A stretch of 64,000 bases of DNA from an uncultured Planctomycetota bacterium. Lineage in GTDB: Bacteria > Planctomycetota > Planctomycetia > Pirellulales > PNKZ01. Each line of letters opens with the position of its first letter. The stretch's first letter is position 1. The notes beneath the pieces are model-generated. The model had not been told where the DNA came from and did no database searches. It saw only the letters and a program-made list of their open reading frames with translations. The translations under genes were made by a program, and so were the position numbers. Shown in pieces: positions 1 to 8,971 of this stretch. The stretch spans positions 1,796,719 to 1,860,718 of the forward strand of contig CAVPTO010000003.1 of the NCBI GenBank assembly GCA_963708675.1, written 5' to 3'.

Positions 1-339
1 CCGTCGAAGGACGCGGTCATCGCACTCCTTCCGACCGAAGGCACGCCCAGCAGCCAGCGACTGCTGGTCGATCTGGTCAGCAACGCCATGCTTCCGACCG
101 AGCGACGTAAGGCCGCGGCCGACGCCTTCGGACGAAGCGTGAAGCGGTTCGGCACCATGCTCACAACTGGGCAAATCGTGATGCAGTACGACCGTTACAA
201 CGCCAGCCAAGGCCAAGATCGCGAAACGCAGCAACTCTTAGGATCCATTCTCGACCACATCGAAGCACGCGCAGCCTGGGCCAATCGGTCAGCGCCAGCG
301 GTGGAGATCGTCGAGCCGAAGGAGCGGACACTTGAATAA
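1..339 (+). CDS. hypothetical protein, C-terminal fragment (5' end lies upstream of the window)
   Basis: Frame 1 is open from base 1 to TAA at 337-339. No motif recognised. Confidence 0.35.
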   Translation, partial: PSKDAVIALLPTEGTPSSQRLLVDLVSNAMLPTERRKAAADAFGRSVKRFGTMLTTGQIVMQYDRYNASQGQDRETQQLLGSILDHIEARAAWANRSAPAVEIVEPKERTLE

Positions 340-384
340 CGCATCACCGATTCGCGCCGCTGGCGTCGCTACCTTCACATCGAG

Positions 385-1470
385 GTGGTCGTCATGAGTC
401 GCACGCCGTACCGCCCGCCGCAATCGACCAGTGGCCCGCCGATCACAGGCATCATCGGCTCGGGGCCCGCGATGGAGAAGGTCTACGCACTCACGCGCCG
501 CGTCGCCAAGAGCAACGCCACCGTGCTGCTGTACGGCGAAACGGGCACCGGCAAGGAAATGATCGCCAAGAGCGTACACCAGCTCAGTCCGCGCGGCAGC
601 GGCCCGTTCGTTCGCGTCAACTGCGGCGCATTGGCTGAAAGCCTGCTCGAAAGCGAGTTGTTCGGCCACGTTCGCGGAGCCTTCACCGGCGCGCACGACA
701 ACCGCACCGGACGTTTCGAGGCAGCCCACACGGGGACCGTGTTTCTCGACGAGATCAACTCGACGACGCCGAAACTGCAGGTGAAGCTGCTGCGCGTGCT
801 GCAAGAACGCGAGTTCGAACGTGTCGGCGACACGCAAACCATTCGTGTCGACACGCGCGTCATCGCAGCGACGAACCGCGACTTGCTGGAAGAAGTCGAA
901 AACGAGCGGTTCCGCGAAGACTTGTATTATCGACTCAACGTCGTGCCGATTCATTTGCCGCCGCTGCGCGAACGTCGCGAAGACATCGCCGAATTGGTCG
1001 GCCACTTCCTGAACATCTACAACGAGAAGAACGACCGCTACGTCGTGCACATCGAACGTAGCGCGATGGAGGCGCTCGAGGATTATCACTGGCCCGGCAA
1101 CGTTCGCGAGTTGCAGAACTACATCGAACGCGCGGTCGTGATGGCCGAGGGGGACGAACTGACGCTCGAAGTGCTGCCCGAGGCGATCACCAGCCCCACG
1201 CGGCCACGGAGCACGCGATTCCGCGAGCCCGACCTGGAAACGCTCACCTATGAACTGGTGCAGCAGGGGCTCGCCACCGCCGGGCCGAACGAAGACAACC
1301 TGCACATGAAGATCGTCAATCGTGTGGAGCGCGAGCTGATTGCCCAGGTGCTGACGTCGTGCTCGAGTGTCCAAATCAAGGCCGCCGCGAAGCTCGGCAT
1401 CAATCGCAACACGCTCCACAAGAAGCTCAAGGAATACGGCCTCGACAACGAAGAGGCTGTTCCCGCATAG
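385..1470 (+). CDS. sigma-54-dependent transcriptional activator (bEBP): AAA+ core plus C-terminal Fis-type HTH, no N-terminal receiver/sensory domain
   Basis: Walker [15 protein letters not shown] loop ([10 protein letters not shown]), ESELFGH, Walker [17 protein letters not shown]-terminal [24 protein letters not shown]. Only about 25 aa precede the AAA+ domain. Confidence 0.9.
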   Translation: MVVMSRTPYRPPQSTSGPPITGIIGSGPAMEKVYALTRRVAKSNATVLLYGETGTGKEMIAKSVHQLSPRGSGPFVRVNCGALAESLLESELFGHVRGAFTGAHDNRTGRFEAAHTGTVFLDEINSTTPKLQVKLLRVLQEREFERVGDTQTIRVDTRVIAATNRDLLEEVENERFREDLYYRLNVVPIHLPPLRERREDIAELVGHFLNIYNEKNDRYVVHIERSAMEALEDYHWPGNVRELQNYIERAVVMAEGDELTLEVLPEAITSPTRPRSTRFREPDLETLTYELVQQGLATAGPNEDNLHMKIVNRVERELIAQVLTSCSSVQIKAAAKLGINRNTLHKKLKEYGLDNEEAVPA

Positions 1471-1518
1471 AATGACGAATGTCGAATGCAGCGATTCGTC
1501 ATTCGACATTGGTCATTC
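1470..1518. promoter_or_regulatory. interlocked inverted repeats built from GAATGAC/GTCATTC units in the spacer between the bEBP gene and the hemX-like/hemA operon
   Basis: GAATGACGAAT (1470-1480) is the exact reverse complement of ATTCGTCATTC (1494-1504). AATGTCGAATG (1478-1488) is the exact reverse complement of CATTCGACATT (1500-1510). A further GTCATTC lies at 1512-1518. Confidence 0.45.
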
Positions 1519-1563
1519 GTCCTTCACTCGCATCGTCGCCCCGCCCTGCCCGTATCCCGTCCG

Positions 1564-2495
1564 ATGCTCTCCGGAATCAGCATCACCTGTTTTGCCGCCA
1601 GCTACGCCGTCGCGTGGCTGTTGGAGCTCACGCGCCTGCTCTTCCGCAGCGGTGTGCGTGGCGCGTTAATGCTCGGCTTCACCGCGGCGGGATTGTTCGC
1701 ACAAACGCTGTTCCTGGGATACCGCGCCGCCACGGCTAATGGCACCGCGCCGTTGTCGAGTGAGTTCGACTGGTATCTGATCGCGGCATGGTTGCTGGCG
1801 GCGACGTCGCTGTACTTAACCTTCTACCATCCGCGCACGGCCTTCGGCCTTTACGTGTTGCCGGTGGTGCTTGCGCTGATTGGCATCGCGTCGCGCTTCG
1901 CCGATCGCACGCCTTTTCCGCGTTCGCAAGCAGCGCAGTTCTGGGGAATGGCGCACGGGTTGTTCTTGCTGCTCGGCACGGTCGCCGTCGCGGTCGGCTT
2001 CGCGGGGGGGCTGATGTGCCTGGCCCAAGCGTATCGCATGAAGCACAAGATCGCGCCGAAGCCGGGGCTGCGGCTGCCGAGCCTCGAATGGCTCGAACGC
2101 TTGAATGTTCGCGCGATGATGGTCGCCGTGATCACGCTCGGGATCGGGTTTCTGTCGGGCATCGTGCTCAACCTGGTGAACGAACGATTGCAAGTCGCGC
2201 ATCTACCGTGGAGTGACCCCATCGTCTGGAGCTCCGCATTGCTGCTCGCGTGGCTGGTCATCGCATCCGGTTTCACCTGGCTGTACAAGCCAGCTCGCCA
2301 GGGCGCAAGGTCGCATACCTCACGCTGGCGAGCTTCGCGTTTTTGGTGCTCGCCGTTGTCGTGCGCGTCGCGCTGCCAACGCAACACACGAGCGAAAAGC
2401 TCAGCCATGAAAAGGGGACCGTCGAGCCCGCCGCCGTCGAGGCCACGTCGCTTGAGGCGTCCGATCACGCGACTCCCGGGAGGCCGGGACGATGA
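1564..2495 (+). pseudogene. HemX/CcsA-like cytochrome c assembly family membrane protein, reading frame broken near 2301-2304
   Basis: Multi-TM protein in frame 1 up to ...FTWLYKPARQG. The plausible continuation RKVAYLTLASFAFLVLAVVV... is in another frame and ends at TGA 2493-2495, overlapping the hemA ATG (ATGA). The frame-1 continuation is Arg-rich junk running over hemA. Confidence 0.7.
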
Positions 2496-3766
2496 AAGTG
2501 CAGATGATCGGCTGCAGCCATCACAACTCGACCGTCGAGCAGCGCGGACGCTTGGCATTCAGCGAACGTCAGGCGGCCGACGCACTCGAATCGTTGCGGC
2601 GTCGGTTCCCGCGCAGCGAGGCGGTGCTGCTGTCGACGTGCAATCGGATCGAGGTTTACACGGCCAGCGACGAGCCCGACGTGGGGCCGTCGCATCAGGA
2701 TGTGGCCGAGTTCCTGGCCGACTTCCATGGTCTCAACGTTTACGAGATCTTCGACGACCTGTTCGAGCGGACGGGCGAAGATGCCGTGCGGCATTTGTTC
2801 ACCGTCGCGTCGAGCCTCGACAGCATGGTCGTCGGCGAGCCGCAAATCCTCGCGCAGGTGAAGCAGGCTTACGAACTCGCGGCCGCGCGGCAGAGCGTGG
2901 GTCCGCTGACGCATCAGATCTTTCAAGCGGCACTGCGAGTAGCGAAGCGTGTCGCGACCGAGACGTCGATCAACGAGAAGCGCGTGAGCGTTGCGAGCGT
3001 TGCCGTGGCGGACTTCGCGCGAAGTATCTTCGAGCGATTCGACGACAAGAAGATTCTCGTCATCGGCGCCGGCGAAACGGGCGAAGAGACGCTGCGATAT
3101 TTACAGTCCGAAGGAGCGCGCGACGTTACGGTCGTCAATCGCAGCTTCGAGCGCGCTCGCACGGTGGCCGCGGCCTGGAACGGGCACGCGAAATCTTGGG
3201 ACGAACTGCCGAACGCGCTCGTCGAGGCCGATCTCGTCATCAGCAGCACGGGAGCCGAACTGCCGATCGTAACGCTCGACATGTACCGCGCGATCGAATC
3301 GCAGCGCTATCAGCGTGACTTGTTCGTGCTTGATTTAGCGGTGCCGCGGGATTTCGACCCTGCCATCGGTGATCGCCTGAACGTTTACCTCTACACGATC
3401 GACGACTTGCGTGCTGCGTGCGATCGCAATCGCCAGGATCGCGATGCCGAATGGCCTCGGGCGATGGCGATCATCGAGCACGAGACCGCTCGCTACATGG
3501 CCGAGTTGAACCATCGCGCGACGGCCCCGATCATCAAGCGGCTTCGCGAGGGGTGGCAGCAGCTAAAGGATGACGAGTTGCGACGGCTGTTCCGGAAGTC
3601 GCCGAACATCGACGCGGCAGTGCGGGCTGACATCGAGCAATCGTTCGATCGTTTGATCAACAAGCTGCTGCACCCGCCACTCGAGTCACTGCGCGACGAA
3701 GCGAAAAAGGGGGTTCCACATCAGTTGCTCGAGGCGTTCAAGCAGTTGTTCAAGCTCAAAGACTAA
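2492..3766 (+). CDS. hemA: glutamyl-tRNA reductase
   Basis: MIGCSHH..., catalytic-Cys motif LLSTCNRIEVY, NADPH site VIGAGETGE, full-length 424 aa. Confidence 0.95.
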   Translation: MKVQMIGCSHHNSTVEQRGRLAFSERQAADALESLRRRFPRSEAVLLSTCNRIEVYTASDEPDVGPSHQDVAEFLADFHGLNVYEIFDDLFERTGEDAVRHLFTVASSLDSMVVGEPQILAQVKQAYELAAARQSVGPLTHQIFQAALRVAKRVATETSINEKRVSVASVAVADFARSIFERFDDKKILVIGAGETGEETLRYLQSEGARDVTVVNRSFERARTVAAAWNGHAKSWDELPNALVEADLVISSTGAELPIVTLDMYRAIESQRYQRDLFVLDLAVPRDFDPAIGDRLNVYLYTIDDLRAACDRNRQDRDAEWPRAMAIIEHETARYMAELNHRATAPIIKRLREGWQQLKDDELRRLFRKSPNIDAAVRADIEQSFDRLINKLLHPPLESLRDEAKKGVPHQLLEAFKQLFKLKD

Positions 3767-3787
3767 AACACCACACGGAGTTTCACG

Positions 3788-4183
3788 ATGCAACGACTGA
3801 TCATGGTTTGCGCGACACTCGGCGGCCTGACAGCAATCCTCGCCGGCGCGGCGACCGCCGCCGACACCTCGTCGAAGGTGCTACGCCACGTCGTGATGTA
3901 CAAGTTCCGCGACGATGCCACGCCCGCGCAGGTGCAGAAGGTCATCGACACGTTCGCGGGGTTGCCGAAGCAGGTCGACACAATCGTCGGCTTCGAGCAT
4001 GGGCCGAATGTCAGCCAAGAGGGCAAATCAGAAGGATTCACCCATTGCTTTGTCGTGACGTTTCGCGACGAGGCAGGGCTGAAGAAGTATATCGACCACC
4101 CTGCGCACGCGGCCTACGTTGAAGTCGTGAAGCCGGTGCGCGAGAAGGTGATCGTGTTTGATTATTGGCACGCCGGGACGTGA
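3788..4183 (+). CDS. secreted Dabb (stress-responsive alpha/beta-barrel) domain protein
   Basis: N-terminal signal peptide, then the Dabb pattern RHVVMYKF...GFEHG...FTHCFVVTF...HPAH..FDYW. Confidence 0.8.
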   Translation: MQRLIMVCATLGGLTAILAGAATAADTSSKVLRHVVMYKFRDDATPAQVQKVIDTFAGLPKQVDTIVGFEHGPNVSQEGKSEGFTHCFVVTFRDEAGLKKYIDHPAHAAYVEVVKPVREKVIVFDYWHAGT

Positions 4184-4250
4184 GCGAACGCGTGAGGCGA
4201 GCCGACGATCGTTCAAAAGATTGATGCCGTGACGACCGACGACCCACAAT

Positions 4251-4274
4251 GCCCCCGGTGTGTTCACCGGGGGC
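4251..4274. terminator. perfect 10-bp stem hairpin between convergent genes (possible bidirectional terminator, no clear U-tract)
   Basis: GCCCCCGGTG-TGTT-CACCGGGGGC read directly. Lies between the Dabb stop (4183) and the scpB stop (4290). Confidence 0.45.
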
Positions 4275-4289
4275 TAACGGGATGAAGAT

Positions 4290-5234
4290 TTAGGCTTCTT
4301 CTTCCCACTCCTCTTCTTCTTCATCGTCGTCATCGTCTTCGTCTTCATCTTCGTCCCACTCGTCGTCTTCGTCCTCTTCTTCGTCCCACTCTTCATCTTC
4401 GTCGTCGACTTCTTCCCAGTCTTCATCATCGAAGTCGTCGTCGAAATCTTCGTCCTCTTCTTCTTCCTCGTCGTCGTCTTCGACGTCATCGTCTGTATCG
4501 TCGTCGTCATCTTCGAGGTCGTCGTCTTCGTCCTCGTCTTCATCGACGGCGATCAACTGGCGACGCGTGAGCAGGTCAAGCTGTTCATCGATGGAGGTCG
4601 TACCCTGCTCTTCGAAAATGGCGGCTGTCACGGATGGCTCCTCTTGCAGATGTTGAATAGAAACTGTTTTGTCATGCCGACCGAGGTCGGACGAGTGTTC
4701 GGTTGATGGGGTTTGAAGGTCGCCGGGGCTGTCGCTTCGCATCTCGGCCGCACGCGGTAGATCGTCGATCTCGCGAAGTCCGAAGGCCTGCAAAAACCGC
4801 TGAGTGGTTCCGTATAAGTAGGGGCGTCCCAATTCCTCGCTGCGAGCGACAATTTTGAGCAGGTCGCGCTCCATGAGTTGCCGCAGCATCTCGCCGCACT
4901 GAACGCCACGAATCGCTTCCACCGCTCCGCGGGAAATCGGCTGACGATAAGCGACCACGGCCAGCGTCTCCAACGCGGGGCTCGAGAGCCGAGCCTCGAC
5001 GGGCGTTTGGTGCAATCGGCGAAGCCAACCCCCAAACTTTCGTCGAGATCGCAGCTGGTATCCGCCGGCGACTTCTTCGGCCCGGAACGCACTGCCAGCC
5101 TGATCGTAAAACTGGTTCAGACGGCGGACCAATGTACGTGCTTCGGTCGCGTCCGCCAAGCTAGCAAGTCGGCCAATCTTGGCCGCGTTCATCGGCTCGC
5201 TGGCGAGGAACAATACCGCCTCGACGCGGGCCAT
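4290..5234 (-). CDS. scpB: segregation and condensation protein B with an about 84-aa poly-acidic C-terminal tail. The start is ambiguous and the ORF could extend to 5477/5507.
   Basis: RVEAVLFLASEP, LETLAVVAYRQPISRGAVEAIRGV, LGRPYLYGTTQRFL. Codon usage upstream of M at 5234 looks less gene-like. Confidence 0.8.
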   Translation of the reverse strand: MARVEAVLFLASEPMNAAKIGRLASLADATEARTLVRRLNQFYDQAGSAFRAEEVAGGYQLRSRRKFGGWLRRLHQTPVEARLSSPALETLAVVAYRQPISRGAVEAIRGVQCGEMLRQLMERDLLKIVARSEELGRPYLYGTTQRFLQAFGLREIDDLPRAAEMRSDSPGDLQTPSTEHSSDLGRHDKTVSIQHLQEEPSVTAAIFEEQGTTSIDEQLDLLTRRQLIAVDEDEDEDDDLEDDDDDTDDDVEDDDEEEEEDEDFDDDFDDEDWEEVDDEDEEWDEEEDEDDEWDEDEDEDDDDDEEEEEWEEEA

Positions 5235-5615
5235 GCGAGCGTCCCGAAAGTGTGGGCCCTTGGCGGGGGCGGCGGCAGGCGGCGTCGCTTCTTCGGTCCG
5301 CAACCAAGACTGCCGCGGCGCACTCGCGACCGCCAGCGGATGACGATAGCGCGTCGAAACGCTCAGTGCCTGAAGTGATGAATTACGACGTGATCGTTGC
5401 ATGCGAGCGGTGCAGTTGTGTGCGTACCTCGACACACGTTCCGCATTCCCCACAGCGGACGGGTGGCCGAGGTCCATAAAGCTAGACAGCGCCGCGGTTT
5501 TTGACAAGTAGCCGTCGCAGGAGATGCGGCGGAAGAAAAGCGGGCGTTTTCGCAGGGCGGAGAGCGCTCGCTACGCGTCGCGGCTAAACGGGCATCAAAC
5601 GATCAAGCCCGCGCG

Positions 5616-6368
5616 TTATCGCGTGGAGCGCCAGGCCTCGACTTCGCGAAGGACCGACTCCATCGCCCGGGCGGGTTCGGCGTCGGTTGCTTCGAAGTGA
5701 CGCGTGTAGTCGGGATTGCCGGCGATCGCCACTTTGCAGTGGAACCGGTACAATTCACCGCGACGTCCCCAGCTTTCCAACAGGTAATACGTCGCTCCCA
5801 GCTCACGCAGCCTTTGCTGCGAACTGGTGAACCAATCTCCTAGCCCAGCGACGGCGGATGTCTGAGCGACGGAAGAAGGCGTGGCCCCCGATTCGTCGGC
5901 CATCGCAAGGTAGTTTGCGGGGATGGCGGCGTCTGGCATGGCTGAGGCCGTGGCCGGATTGGCCACTGGCGGACGTTGGCGCTGTGGGATACCTCGACTT
6001 CCATTGCGAGCCGGCAGCGTGCGTCCTGGCGCGGCGGCGGGCATTGAAGGTGGCGTTGGCGCCACGGCGGGCGGCGGCGCTGAAGGGCTTACTGCGAAAG
6101 GCGTTGGAGCTGCCGTCGCCGCTGAATTTGGTTGCGGCTGACGCTGATCGACCGGCAGCGAAGCGGGGCCGAATCCCGCCGCGGCGAACGAGCCGTCAGA
6201 GCGTGGCTGTTGCATCGCCCCGGCAACGCGCAGGGGTTGCCGAGCATGGGTCTTTTTTGAGTTGCCGAAATCCAGCCATGACGTGCCGAAAATCGCGAAC
6301 ACAGGAAGGACGACCATGCATCCAAACATGACCGCGATCCGAACTGCCATGACACTCGAGGATTGCAT
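5616..6368 (-). CDS. hypothetical membrane-anchored protein (N-terminal TM helix, Pro/Ala-rich linker, small C-terminal domain)
   Basis: TM MAVRIAVMFGCMVVLPVFAIF. C-terminal ATYYLLESWGRRGELYRFHCKV. No family recognised. Confidence 0.55.
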   Translation of the reverse strand: MQSSSVMAVRIAVMFGCMVVLPVFAIFGTSWLDFGNSKKTHARQPLRVAGAMQQPRSDGSFAAAGFGPASLPVDQRQPQPNSAATAAPTPFAVSPSAPPPAVAPTPPSMPAAAPGRTLPARNGSRGIPQRQRPPVANPATASAMPDAAIPANYLAMADESGATPSSVAQTSAVAGLGDWFTSSQQRLRELGATYYLLESWGRRGELYRFHCKVAIAGNPDYTRHFEATDAEPARAMESVLREVEAWRSTR

Positions 6369-6607
6369 ACGAAGCTTCGTCCAGAGAAGCCGGGCGGGGG
6401 CGACGAATATACGAACCGTTTGCGGTCGCGGCAACGGCAATCGACCCCGCGATGCAAGCACCAACTGTCCAGCGATGAAGGGAAATCCGATTTTGAATGT
6501 AAAGTGTTTCTATGAAAGGATTATGGACGGGTGGACTCATTCGGTAAGATGAAGGTATCATTAGCCGCCGTTTTGATCCCCCTGCGGTTCTCTGTGTGGT
6601 TTGCGGC

Positions 6608-8971
6608 ATGAAGTCGATCAACCGTCACATAAACGTTGCAGTGCTGATCGCCACCGCGATCGTCGGTGTTCGCGTGGCTGGTGCTGAGGCTCCGTCGTCG
6701 TCGATCGCCAGCGCGTCGAATGAAAACGCGTCGAATGAAAACGCGTCGGCCAACGACGTCTTCATGAACGAAGTCGAGCCGCTCCTCTCGAAGTACTGTG
6801 CAACGTGTCACGGCCAAGAGAAGCCCGAGGCCGACCTTAATCTGACGAAGACGAAGGACCTGCCTGGCGTATTGCGTCAGCGCGAGCTGTGGCAAGGGGT
6901 GCTCGAACAGTTGCGAAACTACTCGATGCCGCCAGAAGGCAAGCCGCAGCCATCGAGCGTCGAGCGGCAAAAGGTCGTCGAGGTTCTCGAAACCGAGTTC
7001 GCCCGCGCCGACCACAGTCGCCGTGGCCCCGGCCGCGTAACGATGCGCCGGCTGAACCGCACGGAATACGACAACACCGTTCGCGATCTGCTCGGCATCG
7101 ACTTCCACGCCTCGGACGATTTCCCGTCGGACGACGTCGGCTACGGGTTCGACAACATCGGCGACGTCCTTTCGCTGCCGCCGATGTTGATGGAGAAATA
7201 CCTGACCGCTAGCGAGAAGATCGCGCTCACGGCGGTCATCGCCCCGGAAACCGCCAAGCCGCTGGTGACGCGCGTCGAGGCGAAGGATCTGTCGAGCACC
7301 GTCGGCGATCAACGCGGCGGATACCTCTACACCAACGGCCAGGTCTACGCGACGCTCAAGGGCGCCGCCTCGGGCGAGTACACGCTGCGCGTCCGGGTGT
7401 GGGGCCAACCTGCCGGCGACGCGTTGCCGCATTTGGTCATGAAGGTCGATGAGACGCCGCTCAAGGCGTACGACGTCGCGGCAACGAAGGACTCGCCGCA
7501 GGAATGTTGCGTGACGTTCCAGGCCGAGCCCGGCGAGCACAAGATTGCCGTCGAGTTCACCAACGACTACTACGAGAAGCAAGAAGGCATGAAGCCGCTG
7601 GACCGCAACCTGACGGTCGATTGGATCGAGGTTACGGCCCCCGTGTCGATGGACCCCGCCTCGCTGCCCGATTCGCATCGGCGCATCGTGACGTGTCGCC
7701 CGACGTCTGAATCCGACCGGTTCGACTGTTCGCGGCAAGTGATCGAGCCATTGGCTTCGCGAGCGTTCCGCCGCCCGGTGAGCGACGACGAGACGGCTCG
7801 CCTGACACGCCTCGTCGGTATGGTGATGGATCAGGGCGACAGCTTCGAGCGCGGTGTGCAGTTGGCGCTGCAGGCAATCCTCGTGTCGCCTTACTTCTTG
7901 TTCCGTGTCGAAGAAGAGCCGACGGCGGCGCACGGCACGTATGAACTGAACGACTATGAGCTCGCGTCGCGGCTGTCGTATTTCTTGTGGAGCAGCATGC
8001 CTGACGACGAGTTGTTCTCGCTCGCCTCGGCCGGCAAACTTCGCGACCCGAACGTGTTGGCTGAGCAGGCGCGACGCATGTTGGCCGACCCGCGCAGCCA
8101 ATCGCTCGTGGCGAACTTTTCGAGCCAATGGTTGCAGACACGAAACCTAAGTGTCGTGACACCGGGCACGATCGAATACAGCGACTACGATCCCGCCTTG
8201 GCCGACGCCATGCGGATCGAAACGGAAATGTTCTTTGCGACTGTGATGCGCGAGAACATGAGCCTCACAACGTTCCTCGACGCCGACTTCACTTTCGTGA
8301 ATCAAAGGCTGGCGCGGCATTATGGAATGGAAGGTGTCGAAGGGCCTGAGTTCCGCCGCGTAACCGTTGGCGACGGAAAGCGCGGCGGCATTCTCACGCT
8401 CGGCAGTGTGCTCACGGTGACGTCGAATCCGACGCGGACCTCGCCGGTTAAGCGAGGTAAATGGATTCTCGAGAATATCTTGGGCACTTCACCCCCGCCA
8501 CCGCCGCCCGATGTTCCGGAATTGAGCGAAGATCCGGTTCTTGTGAACGCCGGCACGTTGCGGCAACGGCTCGAGTCTCATCGCAGCAATGCTGCGTGCG
8601 CGAGTTGTCACTCTCGGATGGACCCGTTGGGATTTGGCCTGGAGAACTACGACGGCATCGGCGCTTGGCGCGATCGGGACTCAAACTTTCCGGTCGACGC
8701 CTCGGGTGTCCTGCCCGACGGCGAGAGCTTCAACGGCCCCGGCGAGTTGAAGAACTTGCTCAAACACAGGCTGCACGACTTCGCCACGTGCATGACAGAA
8801 AAGATGATGACCTATGCCCTCGGGCGCGGTCTGGAATATACTGATAAGTACACGGTCGACGAGATCGTGTCAGCGGTAGGCAAGGATGACTACCGCTTCT
8901 CGACGCTTGTGGTCGAGATTGTTCGCAGCGAGGCATTCGTTAAGTGCGCAAGTGCAGGAAGCAGACTATGA
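6608..8971 (+). CDS. planctomycete-type multi-domain cytochrome c protein (DUF1587/DUF1592/DUF1595/DUF1588/DUF1585 architecture)
   Basis: Signal peptide, CxxCH (YCATCHG), about 790 aa. Overlaps (ATGA) the start of its usual DUF1552 partner. Confidence 0.8.
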   Translation: MKSINRHINVAVLIATAIVGVRVAGAEAPSSSIASASNENASNENASANDVFMNEVEPLLSKYCATCHGQEKPEADLNLTKTKDLPGVLRQRELWQGVLEQLRNYSMPPEGKPQPSSVERQKVVEVLETEFARADHSRRGPGRVTMRRLNRTEYDNTVRDLLGIDFHASDDFPSDDVGYGFDNIGDVLSLPPMLMEKYLTASEKIALTAVIAPETAKPLVTRVEAKDLSSTVGDQRGGYLYTNGQVYATLKGAASGEYTLRVRVWGQPAGDALPHLVMKVDETPLKAYDVAATKDSPQECCVTFQAEPGEHKIAVEFTNDYYEKQEGMKPLDRNLTVDWIEVTAPVSMDPASLPDSHRRIVTCRPTSESDRFDCSRQVIEPLASRAFRRPVSDDETARLTRLVGMVMDQGDSFERGVQLALQAILVSPYFLFRVEEEPTAAHGTYELNDYELASRLSYFLWSSMPDDELFSLASAGKLRDPNVLAEQARRMLADPRSQSLVANFSSQWLQTRNLSVVTPGTIEYSDYDPALADAMRIETEMFFATVMRENMSLTTFLDADFTFVNQRLARHYGMEGVEGPEFRRVTVGDGKRGGILTLGSVLTVTSNPTRTSPVKRGKWILENILGTSPPPPPPDVPELSEDPVLVNAGTLRQRLESHRSNAACASCHSRMDPLGFGLENYDGIGAWRDRDSNFPVDASGVLPDGESFNGPGELKNLLKHRLHDFATCMTEKMMTYALGRGLEYTDKYTVDEIVSAVGKDDYRFSTLVVEIVRSEAFVKCASAGSRL

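Noticed and set aside
1486-3318. 610-aa ORF spanning the hemX-like gene and running over hemA
   Set aside because: After residue roughly 272 it becomes Arg-rich junk out of frame with hemA. It is explained by a single-base frame break at 2301-2304, not by a real long protein.
4166-4171. Other TGGCAC hexamers as sigma-54 promoters (4166-4171, 50363-50368, GGCAC near 1742)
   Set aside because: No TTGC lies at the required 4-5 nt spacing downstream, or the site is inside a coding region. Only the 50368-50383 site has canonical spacing and context.
4274-4543. 89-aa Lys/Thr-rich ORF
   Set aside because: It is an alternative-frame reading of the GA-rich DNA that encodes the acidic ScpB tail. The ScpB frame is continuous with a conserved domain, so that frame is the real one.
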